Shown here piece after piece: positions 1 through 9,150 of a stretch of DNA of 52,658 nt. The position numbers and the translations under genes are program-made. The stretch is from Dehalococcoidia bacterium (GTDB lineage: Bacteria; Chloroflexota; Dehalococcoidia; GIF9; UBA5629), in contig DUEX01000015.1 in assembly GCA_011170325.1 (NCBI GenBank), positions 1-52,658 of the forward strand, written 5' to 3'. A model generated the notes under the pieces. The model saw only the letters and a list, made by a program, of their open reading frames with translations. It did no database searches and was not told the DNA's origin. Positions within the stretch are counted from its first letter, which is position 1, and each line of letters opens with the position of its first letter.

Positions 1-19
1 TGGTGGTGCAGCTTCTGTC
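1..19. repeat. Left copy of a 19-bp inverted repeat (tggtggtgcagcttctgtc). It touches the window edge, so it may extend further left.
   Basis: The reverse complement gacagaagctgcaccacca is found exactly at 269..287. Confidence 0.85.
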
Positions 20-270
20 TGGAAGCTGAAGGTAGCACCCCAGTCGCTGGGCGCTGGCTCGAGAGCCATTACACGCCAGAAGTAATTGGTGCTGTAATCC
101 AGCGTGCCGTCATACTCGTAGGCGGTGGTGCCCACCTCTGCCTCGGCAACGACATCGGTCAGCTGGGAATCCTTAGCCAGCACGAACTTGTATTTCTCGG
201 TCTCCTTGAATGGCGACCAGGAGAAGGATGCTGGTTTCACTGGGCAGCCCAAGCAGCCGTTGTCTGGTGA
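1..270 (-). pseudogene. Fragment of a cell-surface protein gene (C-terminal beta-rich domain). It runs off the left edge and has no credible N-terminus.
   Basis: Manual minus-strand translation (plus-strand triplets 1-3, 4-6, ...) gives PDNGCLGCPVKPASFSWSPFKETEKYKFVLAKDSQLTDVVAEAEVGTTAYEYDGTLDYSTNYFWRVMALEPAPSDWGATFSFQTEAAPP. It shares the F.WS ... Y(F/Y)WRV.A ... SDW pattern with residues ~498-575 of the 4659..6494 ORF. The in-frame upstream part (271..339) is antisense of a Pro/Ala linker, has no ATG and no signal peptide, and is closed by TGA at 340..342. Confidence 0.55.
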
Positions 271-407
271 CAGAAGCTGCACCACCAGCACCTGAAGAAG
301 CGCCACCAGCACCAAAGACTCCGCTGTGGGTCTGGGTGGTCATTGGTATAGGCGCTGTCCTGGTGATTGTCACTCTGGTCCTCATCTTCAAGACACGCCG
401 GGTGTAG
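210..407 (+). CDS. Small ORF encoding a Pro/Ala-rich linker plus a C-terminal transmembrane anchor. It is probably the detached 3' module of a surface-protein gene.
   Basis: The ORF ends ...TEAAPPAPEEAPPAPKTPLWVWVVIGIGAVLVIVTLVLIFKTRRV. This is the same architecture as the C-terminus of the 4659..6494 protein (hydrophobic helix then basic tail). A strong terminator follows. The N-terminal 20 aa look like non-coding read-through. Confidence 0.4.
   Translation: MATRRRMLVSLGSPSSRCLVTEAAPPAPEEAPPAPKTPLWVWVVIGIGAVLVIVTLVLIFKTRRV
269..287. repeat. Right copy of the 19-bp inverted repeat.
   Basis: gacagaagctgcaccacca is the exact reverse complement of 1..19. Confidence 0.85.
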
Positions 408-427
408 TATATCCCGCCTGAGAAGGG

Positions 428-460
428 CAAAAGGGGGTGGCAAATGCCACCCCCTTTTCT
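428..460 (+). terminator. Rho-independent terminator, with A-tract and T-tract on both sides so possibly bidirectional.
   Basis: aaaa-GGGGGTGGC-aaat-GCCACCCCC-tttt: a perfect 9-bp GC-rich stem (433..441 / 446..454) followed by a T run. Confidence 0.65.
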
Positions 461-533
461 ATTTCCTCTGATTTCACTCAGCGAGGCCAGAAGTCTGACA
501 GGCAATCGAGACACCAATAGAATATAGGCTAGG

Positions 534-714
534 ATGGGTTTTACCTATATAAAAGTCAAAGCCTTTAATCCTGACCAATTTGGATAACGGCGACACAGTT
601 GAGCTTTTAGTGGACAGCGGCGCGCCATTCACCTCGATACCCAGGGCTCTGCTTCAAGATTTAGGGCTGAAACTGACCCACTACCGACGAGTACAAGAAC
701 TTGACAACTCTTAA
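534..714 (+). pseudogene. Retropepsin-like (clan AA) aspartyl protease relic, frameshifted and truncated.
   Basis: ATG 534 gives MGFTYIKVKAFNPDQFG then stops at 585..587. The next frame continues LDNGDTVELLVDSGAPFTSIPRALLQDLGLKLTHYRRVQELDNS and stops at 712..714. The LVDSGA active-site motif and the typical N-terminal strand are present, but the C-terminal half of the fold is missing. Confidence 0.4.
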
Positions 715-946
715 CCAAGTCATTATAATAGGGGAAAACCGCTTTCTTCTACATGCAAGCCTAATTGTTTCGTTTGAGTTTCTCCTACAATGAACTTAGT
801 AAGGTATACCCCTATAGCTACTACTAAAACAAGACGATGGCGGAATGTACATTTACCAGGCCTGAAAAGCTTCGTCTGTTAATGGAAGCTTCGTTTCAGC
901 ATCAGTTGGAGAACGAGTTTTCAGCGAACAAGCATCGGTTCTGCTT

Positions 947-2578
947 ATGAGCAAGTATATCTTCGTTACCGGTGGTGTGGTCAGCTCAGTGGGCAAAGGT
1001 ATCAGCGTCGCTTCCATCGGCAGAATCCTGAAAAGCCGCGCTATCTCGGTCTCAGTTCAGAAGCTCGACCCGTATCTTAATGTTGACCCGGGAACCATGT
1101 CCCCATACCAACACGGCGAGGTCTTCGTCACCCAGGATGGCGCTGAAACCGACCTCGACCTGGGGCACTACGAGAGATTCATCAATGTTGATCTGACCTC
1201 TGCTTCCAATGTTACTTCGGGGCAGATTTACTCAGCAGTTATTGCCGGAGAAAGACGAGGAGATTTTCTCGGCGGCACTATCCAAGTGGTTCCCCATGTC
1301 ACCAACGAGATAAAACGGAGGATAAGGGAAGTAGCTCAGCTCTCTGGGGCCTCGGTAGTTATTGTTGAGGTTGGCGGCACCGTCGGCGATATCGAAGGCC
1401 AACCATTTCTGGAAGCCATCCGCCAGATGAGAAACGAGGAGGGCAGGGATAATGTCCTTTACATCCATGTCACCTTCTTGCCTCACATTGCCACCACCAA
1501 CGAGCTCAAGACCAAGCCTACTCAGCACAGCGTTAACGAGCTAAGACGCATTGGAATCCAGCCAGATATCATTCTATGCCGCTCAGACCATGAAATCTCT
1601 CAAGGCATAAAGGATAAAATCTGTCTATTCTGCGATGTGGACAGACAAGCAGTGATCCCCTTGGTCACTGCTGACACCATCTACGAGGTGCCGCTAATGC
1701 TTGAGGAGGCTGGCTTGGGTGATTTGATTGTTGACCGACTCGGTCTTGAAGCTGTGGAAGCTGACCTTAATGAGTGGCGACAGATGGTTGACAAACTCAA
1801 AACTCCAAAGGAGCCAGTAACCATAGCTCTGGTGGGCAAATATGTGGAGCTTCAAGATGCCTACTATTCAGTGCGTGAAGCTTTATGCCATGCCGGGCTC
1901 TATCACGACCGACAGATAGATATCCTATGGGTGCATTCCGAAGACGTAGAAACCAATGGCACTGAGAGCCCATTGAAGTCAGCTCAAGGCATTATCGTTC
2001 CCGGTGGTTTTGGCTACCGCGGCATAGAAGGCATGATAGCTGCCACTACCTATGCCAGACAAAACAAAATTCCTTACCTCGGTTTATGCCTGGGCATGCA
2101 GGTGATGGTTATTGAATTTGGTCGCTATGCCTTAGGCAGTAAGCTAGTCAACTCCACCGAATTCGACCCCGATACCCCGTATCCAGTAATTGACCTGCTT
2201 CCAGAACAGCACCAGGTCAGTGATATCGGTGGCACTATGAGACTGGGCACCTACCCCTGCCACCTGGTTCCTAGGACACAAGTAGCTCAGGCTTATGATG
2301 AAACCGTGGTTTATGAACGCCATCGCCACCGCTTTGAATTCAACAACCACTTCCGTGAGCCACTGGAGCAAAAAGGGCTTATCCCCAGTGGGGTATCGCC
2401 GGATAACCGGCTGGTAGAGATCGCTGAAGTCAAAGACCATCCGTGGATGGTGGCCTGCCAGTTTCACCCCGAGTTTAGGTCACGCCCCAACCACCCCCAC
2501 CCCCTATTTGTCAGATTCATCGGGGCTGCCAAGGAAACCCTGGTTGAGGGCACTCAAGTAACATTGCCATTATCATAA
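947..2578 (+). CDS. pyrG: CTP synthase
   Basis: 543 aa. The N-terminus is [19 protein letters not shown], followed by a C-terminal glutamine amidotransferase domain (GLCLGMQ, HRHRFE). Confidence 0.97.
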   Translation: MSKYIFVTGGVVSSVGKGISVASIGRILKSRAISVSVQKLDPYLNVDPGTMSPYQHGEVFVTQDGAETDLDLGHYERFINVDLTSASNVTSGQIYSAVIAGERRGDFLGGTIQVVPHVTNEIKRRIREVAQLSGASVVIVEVGGTVGDIEGQPFLEAIRQMRNEEGRDNVLYIHVTFLPHIATTNELKTKPTQHSVNELRRIGIQPDIILCRSDHEISQGIKDKICLFCDVDRQAVIPLVTADTIYEVPLMLEEAGLGDLIVDRLGLEAVEADLNEWRQMVDKLKTPKEPVTIALVGKYVELQDAYYSVREALCHAGLYHDRQIDILWVHSEDVETNGTESPLKSAQGIIVPGGFGYRGIEGMIAATTYARQNKIPYLGLCLGMQVMVIEFGRYALGSKLVNSTEFDPDTPYPVIDLLPEQHQVSDIGGTMRLGTYPCHLVPRTQVAQAYDETVVYERHRHRFEFNNHFREPLEQKGLIPSGVSPDNRLVEIAEVKDHPWMVACQFHPEFRSRPNHPHPLFVRFIGAAKETLVEGTQVTLPLS

Positions 2579-2597
2579 TGCTGGTATAGGAAAACAA

Positions 2598-3266
2598 GTG
2601 CGCCTATTTCTAGATACGGCCAATATTGACCATATCCGCCACGGAGTTAAGCTGGGGGTAATCACCGGGGTGACCACTAATCCCAGCCTAGTCTCCAAAG
2701 AGGGCAAAGTGGATTATAAACACCTTGTCCAGGAAATCTGTTCCATTGTCCCTGGTCCGGTATCAACTGAGGTACTAAGTCAGGACGTCTCAGGGATGGT
2801 TGCTGAGGCCAGGCAAATTGCCACTTGGGCAGAAAATGTGGTGGTAAAAATTCCGGCTAGCCTTGAAGGTGTTGAAGCTACCCATCAACTGGCTAAGGAA
2901 AACATAAAAGTGAACTTTACCCTATGTTTCTCTCTAAACCAAGCTCTCCTCGGGGCTCTAGCCGGGGCTGCCTTTGTCAGCCCCTTTGTTGGCAGGCTGG
3001 ATGATATCGGCGAACATGGCATGAGGCTGGTAAAAGAGATTGTCGAGGTATTCAAGAAATACCCCGACTCTATAAAAACACAACTAATCGCCGCCAGTAT
3101 CAGGCATCCGCAGCATTGTATTGAGGCGGCTGAAGCTGGTGCCCAAATTGCCACCGTTCCCTACCAAGTGTTGATGCAGATGATACGACATCCACTTACT
3201 GACATTGGTATCAGCCGCTTTCTGGAGGACTGGCACAAAGTAATGGGTGAAGGCAAGAGCATATGA
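2598..3266 (+). CDS. Transaldolase-family fructose-6-phosphate aldolase / short transaldolase
   Basis: 222 aa with a GTG start. [13 protein letters not shown]...GVTTNPSL is typical of the Fsa/TalC subfamily. Confidence 0.9.
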   Translation: MRLFLDTANIDHIRHGVKLGVITGVTTNPSLVSKEGKVDYKHLVQEICSIVPGPVSTEVLSQDVSGMVAEARQIATWAENVVVKIPASLEGVEATHQLAKENIKVNFTLCFSLNQALLGALAGAAFVSPFVGRLDDIGEHGMRLVKEIVEVFKKYPDSIKTQLIAASIRHPQHCIEAAEAGAQIATVPYQVLMQMIRHPLTDIGISRFLEDWHKVMGEGKSI

Positions 3267-3353
3267 CCGAGGTAGTTTACTGGCAGTAAATTGTCACTCT
3301 GATTCTATGACGAGGGATGTCTTTCTTCATAAAATATGTGAGAGGTTTAGAAA

Positions 3354-4616
3354 ATGAATATTTCTGAATTGGAAACCAAAACTCGGGATGAATTGATCGA
3401 GCTAGCCAAACAGCAAGGAGTCGACGGCTATAGTGGGCTGAAAAAGCCGGAGCTCATTCTGCGCCTCATTCAAGCTCAAGCTGAACAGCAGGGCTACTCG
3501 TTCCTTGGCGGTGTCTTAGATATTATGGATGAGGGCTATGGCTTCTTACGCCAGGATAATCTTCTTCCTGGACAGAACGACATCTACATTTCCAACTCAC
3601 AGATTCGCCGCTTCGGCTTAAAATCCGGAGACACTGTCTCCGGACAAGTCAGACCACCTAAAGACGGTGAAAAGTACTGCAGCCTGGTACGTGTCGAATC
3701 AGTAAATGAGCTCGATCCAGAGCAAGCTAAGAATCGAATTCATTTCAACTCCTTGACACCTACCTTTCCCGATAAGCTGTTCAACTTAGAGACTAACCAC
3801 CATAACTTATCAACACGGCTCATCAACTTGGTAGCTCCTATCGGCCGCGGTCAACGTGGGCTCATTGTATCACCGCCCAAGGCCGGCAAGACTGTGCTGC
3901 TAAAGCATATCGCCAATGCCATCACCAGTAACTACACTGAGCCTCATCTCATGGTCTGTCTCATTGGCGAAAGACCTGAAGAGGTTACTGACATGAAGCG
4001 CTCAGTGAAAGCCGAAGTCATCGCTGCTACCTTCGATGAGCCAGTAGAGAATCACACTCGAGTAGCTGAATTAGCTCTGGAGAGAGCCAAAAGACTGGTA
4101 GAAGTAGGCAAGGATGTAGTCATTCTGCTTGATGGTATTACCCGGCTAACTCGCTCTTATAACCTGGCGATGCCTCCCAGCGGGCGCACTCTATCTGGTG
4201 GTATCGATTCAGTAGCCCTTTATCCACCAAAACGCTTCTTCGGAGCAGCTCGTAATACTGAAGAAGGCGGTAGTCTAACCATTATTGCTACTTGCCTTGT
4301 TGACACCGGTAGCCGCATGGACGAGCTTATCTACGAGGAATTTAAGGGCACCGGCAATATGGAATTACATCTCAACCGTCATCTGGCTGAAAAAAGAGTC
4401 TTCCCAGCTATAGACATCCTGCACAGCGGCACTCGCCGTGAGGAGCTATTACTCGATGAGGCTACAGTAAAACAGATTTGGCTGCTGCGGCGCATAGTTA
4501 ACATGCTAGCCGAAGACTCAACAAACCACACTGAAGCCACGGAAAGGCTTCTTGACCGACTAGCCAAAACCCAGACTAATGCTGAATTTCTGGCAACCTT
4601 ATCCAAGGAAATGTAA
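3354..4616 (+). CDS. rho: Transcription termination factor Rho
   Basis: 420 aa with an N-terminal Rho_N domain ([15 protein letters not shown]), a CSD-like RNA-binding domain and the P-loop PPKAGKT. Confidence 0.97.
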   Translation: MNISELETKTRDELIELAKQQGVDGYSGLKKPELILRLIQAQAEQQGYSFLGGVLDIMDEGYGFLRQDNLLPGQNDIYISNSQIRRFGLKSGDTVSGQVRPPKDGEKYCSLVRVESVNELDPEQAKNRIHFNSLTPTFPDKLFNLETNHHNLSTRLINLVAPIGRGQRGLIVSPPKAGKTVLLKHIANAITSNYTEPHLMVCLIGERPEEVTDMKRSVKAEVIAATFDEPVENHTRVAELALERAKRLVEVGKDVVILLDGITRLTRSYNLAMPPSGRTLSGGIDSVALYPPKRFFGAARNTEEGGSLTIIATCLVDTGSRMDELIYEEFKGTGNMELHLNRHLAEKRVFPAIDILHSGTRREELLLDEATVKQIWLLRRIVNMLAEDSTNHTEATERLLDRLAKTQTNAEFLATLSKEM

Positions 4617-4706
4617 GAAATTGCGTCCAAACTACCTGATTAACTCTCCTATACACTTTTGTCGATTTTGTGCTATGATAATGAGCAATATATCTCGGAG
4701 GCATTG

Positions 4707-6494
4707 GTGAAGGTAAAGGCTTCAGTTACAGTATTAGCGCTATTATCGCTGGCTATGTGCCTGATGCCAAGGCCAATCGATGCCTCCAGCCTAACGCTAA
4801 CCCCATCACAAGGAATCATCGGCACAGAGGTCACCATACTTTCTAGCTGCAGCTATGGCACTGGCGATTACCACCTTTATTGGGGGGAAGCTGACAAGCT
4901 TCTCAGCCAGGGTGTAATCGATGAGACCTGTATTTCTATAACTTTCATCGTCCCTGAGGCCGCCAGAGGCAAACACAAAGTCACCCTGAAGATAGGCGAC
5001 GATTCCTTCAATGGTGAATTTACGGTTATGCCATCTATCAGCCTCAGCACCAACCAAGGTACTGTAGACTCAAATCTGACGGTTACCGGGAACGGCTTCG
5101 ATAGTAATGAGTCAAACATTGAGATAAAATATGATAATAGTCCAGTCGAAACTGGGATTGAAGCCAGCAGCAAAGGAAGCTGGCAAAGCACCTTCAAAGT
5201 CCCGGCCAGCACTCGGGGCGAGCATATTATTGATGCTGAAGGCACCACCCCAGCCAGTGAAGTCGACGACCAGACCTTCGCCATAGTTCCTCAAATCAAT
5301 ATTAGCCCAACCTCAGGATATGTGGGTACTATGGTAAGTATAGCCGGCACTGGCTTCGGCAGTGGGGAAACTAACATCACAGTAACCTATGATGGTCTAG
5401 CAGCAAAAACTGGAATTGCTTCTAATGCCATAGGCTCATGGCAATCTAGTTTCACCGTCCCTACGTCCACCAAAGGCAGCCATAAGGTAGATGCCCACGG
5501 AGCGGTTACTCCCGAAGCTGATGTCGCTGAAGCTACCTTTATCGTGTCTCCGGGGATAAAACTGGAACTGGCCTCCGGTCACCTTGGCGATAACATTTAC
5601 ATCGGCGGCAGTCTTTGGGTCAGCGGCATTGGCTTTAAAGAGAATGAGGCTGGAATTCAAGTCACTTTTGACGGCACTTTGGTTGCCAGCGGCATCAGCG
5701 CCGATGCCAAAGGCTCCTGGGTAACTCAATTCGAAGTGCCTCTAAGCACCAAGGGTGAGCACACTGTTGACGCTTCAGGAGATACCACTAAAGCTGGCGA
5801 TGTCGCTGACTCTACCTTAGTCATCTCACCAAGAATAGAAATCAATCCCACCTCTGGAGCCATAGGTGATGACATAGTCATCAACGGCAATGGTTTTGGA
5901 GGAAGCCAAGCCATAACCATCAGCTATGGTGGAAGCCAGATAGCCACCGGCTCAACTACCAATGCCAAAGGTAGTTTCACAGCCAGCTTCAAAACCCCAA
6001 AAAGCCAAGCTGGTGACCATACTATAACAGTCACCGATGCTACTGCGGCTGTAGCCTCAGCCAGCTTCACCATGGAGTCGACACCACCGTCAACGCCCCA
6101 ACTTGTATCCCCTGAAGCTGGCAGCAAGGTCGGTTTTATCGGCAAAACCATTGTTACTTTCGATTGGTCTGATATTGATGACCCCAGTGGCATCTGTTAC
6201 CTGCTAGAAATAAGTCAAGGCACTGATTTCTCCGGCACTATGGTTCGTAAGGAAGCCTTAGCCCAATCCCAGTACACCTTGGCTGATGACGAGGCTCTAG
6301 CCAGAGGAGAATATTACTGGAGGGTGAAAGCTATAGATGGGGCTGGAAATCAGAGTGACTGGGCAACTGGGCAGCTACTTAAGGTTGGTATCATAGAGTT
6401 CTGGCTGTTAACAGTTATTATCCTAGTCGGCATTGGTATAATCACCATCATCTGGCGAATTATATCTATCAGTCGGCGAGGCGGCTGGAAATAA
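4707..6494 (+). CDS. Cell-surface (S-layer-like) protein: signal peptide, five tandem Ig-like (IPT/TIG-like) repeats, a distal beta domain and a C-terminal TM anchor.
   Basis: The ORF is open from 4659, but GTG 4707 is preceded by GGAGG (4696..4700) and begins with the signal peptide VKVKASVTVLALLSLAMCL. The repeat consensus is G.GF......I.V.YDG......G.....GSW...F.VP.S..G.H.VDA.G. The C-terminus is IIEFWLLTVIILVGIGIITIIWRIISISRRGGWK. Confidence 0.8.
   Translation: MKVKASVTVLALLSLAMCLMPRPIDASSLTLTPSQGIIGTEVTILSSCSYGTGDYHLYWGEADKLLSQGVIDETCISITFIVPEAARGKHKVTLKIGDDSFNGEFTVMPSISLSTNQGTVDSNLTVTGNGFDSNESNIEIKYDNSPVETGIEASSKGSWQSTFKVPASTRGEHIIDAEGTTPASEVDDQTFAIVPQINISPTSGYVGTMVSIAGTGFGSGETNITVTYDGLAAKTGIASNAIGSWQSSFTVPTSTKGSHKVDAHGAVTPEADVAEATFIVSPGIKLELASGHLGDNIYIGGSLWVSGIGFKENEAGIQVTFDGTLVASGISADAKGSWVTQFEVPLSTKGEHTVDASGDTTKAGDVADSTLVISPRIEINPTSGAIGDDIVINGNGFGGSQAITISYGGSQIATGSTTNAKGSFTASFKTPKSQAGDHTITVTDATAAVASASFTMESTPPSTPQLVSPEAGSKVGFIGKTIVTFDWSDIDDPSGICYLLEISQGTDFSGTMVRKEALAQSQYTLADDEALARGEYYWRVKAIDGAGNQSDWATGQLLKVGIIEFWLLTVIILVGIGIITIIWRIISISRRGGWK
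4791..6077 (+). repeat. Five tandem ~85-90 aa protein-level repeats inside the surface-protein gene.
   Basis: The repeats are visible in translation (TVTGNGFDSNESNIEIKYDN..., SIAGTGFGSGETNITVTYDG..., VSGIGFKENEAGIQVTFDG..., VINGNGFGGSQAITISYGG...). The DNA copies have diverged. Confidence 0.6.
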
Positions 6495-6504
6495 AGAAGC
6501 AGAC

Positions 6505-6532
6505 TTGACAAACAGAAAAGCGTAGCTATAAT
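6505..6532 (+). promoter_or_regulatory. Near-consensus sigma70-type promoter for the CetZ-like gene.
   Basis: TTGACA (6505..6510), a 16-nt spacer, then TATAAT (6527..6532). A GAGGG Shine-Dalgarno sequence lies just before ATG 6571. Confidence 0.5.
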
Positions 6533-6570
6533 ATTGAGTTAATTTATAAGACAGAAAGCGAGGGAATGAT

Positions 6571-7752
6571 ATGAAATTAATGATTATCGGGTTAGGACAA
6601 TGCGGTTCTCGGATTGCTGATGAGCTTGTTCGCCTAAATCGGCAGGCAGAGTCACATCGGCACACCAGTATAATTACTGGAGCCTTTGCCGTGAATACTG
6701 ACCAGGCTGACCTCACTGGCCTATCTTATATTGGTTCCGACTACATGCATCGTATACTTATCGGGGGGCGTAAGACCTGGGGACATGGTGTGGGCAAGGT
6801 AAACGAGATGGGTGCTGAACTGGCCAGAGAAGATGGTGATAAAGTGATCGATGCTATCAGGACTGCACCCGATTTCTACCACACCCATGCCTTCCTGCTC
6901 ATCGCCGGCAGTGCTGGCGGTACTGGGTCTGGCGCTATATCGATAATTTCCCAGATGCTCAAGGAGCGTTACATAGGCAAGCCAGTTTACGCCCTTGTCG
7001 TCCTCCCCTTTGAACACGAAGAGGTGGCTGAACTGAGAAGCGTCTACAACACGGCTACCTGTCTCAAGTCCATCCATCCGATAGCTGATGGTGTCTTCTT
7101 AGCTGATAATCAGCGCTATGTTAGAAAAGACGCCAGCATGGCAATGAACCTGCAGAAAATAAACAGACAAATCATCGAGCCCTTCTACGACCTGATGTGC
7201 GCCGGAGAGGTGACCAAATACAAGTATGTTGGTGCCAAGACGCTGGATGCTGGCGACATCATTCAATCCATCGATGGCTGGACGGCCCTCGGTGTTGGCA
7301 GAGCTGCAATATCGCGTGGTTTCCGCTCCCCCTGGGAACTGGCCAAGACCAGTTTTCGGGAAAAGAGTGGGGAAACTCTAAGAGCCATGCAAGCTATGGA
7401 CGCTGCTGTAAGTGAGCTTTCTATTGGCGTTAGTCCTGAAGATGCTGGTAGAGCTTTATATCTCGTATCGGCCCCGGCTAGGGAAATGAGTATGGATATT
7501 GCCAAAGGTCTGGGCGATTACCTCCGAGAGATGGCAGAAAACGCCGTAATCAGAGCCGGTGACTTCCCCGGAGACGGAGGTACTGTTGATGTCACCATAA
7601 TGTTTTCTCAGTTAGCCTTTGTCCAGAAGATAATGGACTACTATGACCGGGCTTCGGCCTTTGCCGTCAGCCAGAAGGAGCGGATAAAGGAAACTACCGG
7701 CCGACTCCGTGACATGGAGGATGCAGCTAAGGGGTTGCCCAGCTTAATCTAA
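6571..7752 (+). CDS. Tubulin/FtsZ-superfamily GTPase, CetZ-like (paralog 1, canonical motifs).
   Basis: 393 aa. T1 loop IGLGQCGSR. GHGVGKVNEMGAELA. Tubulin signature AGGTGSG at 6913..6933. LKERYIGKPVYALVVLPFE. FLADNQ. AGEV. T7-like LDAGDIIQSI. C-terminal IRAGDFPG. The overall order matches my recollection of haloarchaeal CetZ1. Confidence 0.85.
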   Translation: MKLMIIGLGQCGSRIADELVRLNRQAESHRHTSIITGAFAVNTDQADLTGLSYIGSDYMHRILIGGRKTWGHGVGKVNEMGAELAREDGDKVIDAIRTAPDFYHTHAFLLIAGSAGGTGSGAISIISQMLKERYIGKPVYALVVLPFEHEEVAELRSVYNTATCLKSIHPIADGVFLADNQRYVRKDASMAMNLQKINRQIIEPFYDLMCAGEVTKYKYVGAKTLDAGDIIQSIDGWTALGVGRAAISRGFRSPWELAKTSFREKSGETLRAMQAMDAAVSELSIGVSPEDAGRALYLVSAPAREMSMDIAKGLGDYLREMAENAVIRAGDFPGDGGTVDVTIMFSQLAFVQKIMDYYDRASAFAVSQKERIKETTGRLRDMEDAAKGLPSLI

Positions 7753-7788
7753 CCGCTCTAAGTCTTTCGTCCTGATGGAAACAAATAC

Positions 7789-9150
7789 TCACTGCCCTTT
7801 AGCCTTTCGTGGCACATATTTGGCAGCAGCCTGAACGACCAGAGCTAGGCTCGTCAAGTAATCATCGTGTCCATCACTGGGGTCAACGAAGAAGTTAAGT
7901 GTCTGGTTGGGACGATAGACGCTCTTAGCTTTCTCTAGCTCAAACATAAGTTCCCTGTAATCCTGAGAGCCATCCTGTTTATACAGTTTTAGCCTGCCTG
8001 AATTGATGGCAGCCAGTAGGTCAAAACCTGCTTCTGACTTAGAGCTCTGAGTGAACTTAAACGGGATAACTTTGCTGCCCAGAGCCTGTCTCAAAAACGA
8101 GGTCACTGATTCACCAACGGCAGTAGCGTCAACTACAATCCGACTGCAACCCCAGACGTTCTTCAGGATATCCACCAACTGGGGGCAAAGGTCCGAGTGC
8201 CTCCTTCCCACCCAGACGTAGTGTTCAACGATGTTGATATGCGGGTCTTTAGTTATTGAGTCGCCTGCTGGGCTTATGACCTCAGCAATGGTGATGACGG
8301 TAGCGTCCCTACCCGGTCTAGCTAAGATTTGCTCCTCGACCACCTCGGACTCGCCAGCCAAGTCGATGCCGGCGGCATAGACTTTCGATGCTTGATGACG
8401 CCGATGAGCTCGTGCATGCTCACCAAGCATCTGAGCTATCTGTTGGCTGGATAGAAAGCCACCGCCGCCACGGATAGGTAGCAAGGCGTATTGAGTTCTG
8501 AAAAGTGGGTGGCTCTCGCCCAGCCTGTCCCGCTCAGCTTCAACAAAAGCACAATATTCAGGATTATGCTTGGCCACTTCCTGCCAATCATATCTGAAAT
8601 GCCTTTTTATACCATCCTTCCTCTCTAGTTCAAGGTTGGTCTGCTTTATCTCCTCAAGCAGGGTGTTATCGTCCCAGGTAGTCCCGTAGTGGACAGTAGT
8701 CACGTTGAAGGCTGAGCCCATAGGTCTGAACTCTTTAGTGTATTTTTCTTTGGCTACATCTTGGGACTCGTCGATCTCCAAGAGGATGTCGGCGGTATGC
8801 CCGACCACCGAAGATGACTCCTCAGCCGATAGAAAAACCTGACGGGCCGCCCCCAGCTTGACGATATAGCCCATCTCAGTTGACCAGATGCCGGCGAAAC
8901 CAAAATCGTCAAGTCTTTCCTTCAGCCTCATAATCGATATCACCGTCTGAGGTTTGAAGGTTGGAGAGCACTTAACAGCACTGCCACCCTTGGCCATGAA
9001 CATTGTTAACAGTAGTACCTCAAGCTGCGCTGATAGCTCATTCTTGCCTCCCTGGCGGGCTATCTCTACAGAAAAAGTCAAGCCTTTCTTTTCTTGAATG
9101 CTCTCTAGGATGGCTTTGGCGACTTCTTGCTGGTACGGTCTTAGTTTCAT
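7789..9150 (-). CDS. Phage terminase large subunit-like protein (ATPase plus RNase H-like nuclease).
   Basis: 453 aa. Walker A-like ARQGGKNE, Walker B LLEIDESQD, and nuclease acidic motifs AAGIDLAG, VVDATAVG and GHDDYLTS. Confidence 0.75.
   Translation of the reverse strand: MKLRPYQQEVAKAILESIQEKKGLTFSVEIARQGGKNELSAQLEVLLLTMFMAKGGSAVKCSPTFKPQTVISIMRLKERLDDFGFAGIWSTEMGYIVKLGAARQVFLSAEESSSVVGHTADILLEIDESQDVAKEKYTKEFRPMGSAFNVTTVHYGTTWDDNTLLEEIKQTNLELERKDGIKRHFRYDWQEVAKHNPEYCAFVEAERDRLGESHPLFRTQYALLPIRGGGGFLSSQQIAQMLGEHARAHRRHQASKVYAAGIDLAGESEVVEEQILARPGRDATVITIAEVISPAGDSITKDPHINIVEHYVWVGRRHSDLCPQLVDILKNVWGCSRIVVDATAVGESVTSFLRQALGSKVIPFKFTQSSKSEAGFDLLAAINSGRLKLYKQDGSQDYRELMFELEKAKSVYRPNQTLNFFVDPSDGHDDYLTSLALVVQAAAKYVPRKAKGQ

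Noticed and set aside
173-517. 114-aa and 68-aa minus-strand ORFs (173..517, 237..443) at the left edge.
   Set aside because: Their Gly/Ala or Trp/Cys-rich stretches are simply the antisense of the Pro/Ala linker and TM anchor. The third minus frame and the plus-frame anchor explain the region better.
720-946. Direct repeat aagcttcgt (twice, around 868..900) upstream of pyrG, considered as a possible attenuator.
   Set aside because: It is short, centred on a palindromic AAGCTT, and has no convincing terminator/antiterminator alternative.
1232-2467. Antisense or out-of-frame ORFs inside pyrG (1232..1528, 2144..2467). Similar shadow ORFs occur throughout the track, for example 4806..6193, 9788..10936, 14749..15156, 33851..35338, 46203..50714.
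   Set aside because: They lie wholly within strongly supported genes on the opposite strand or in another frame. They have no SD and their composition is low-complexity or biased, so they are typical shadow ORFs.
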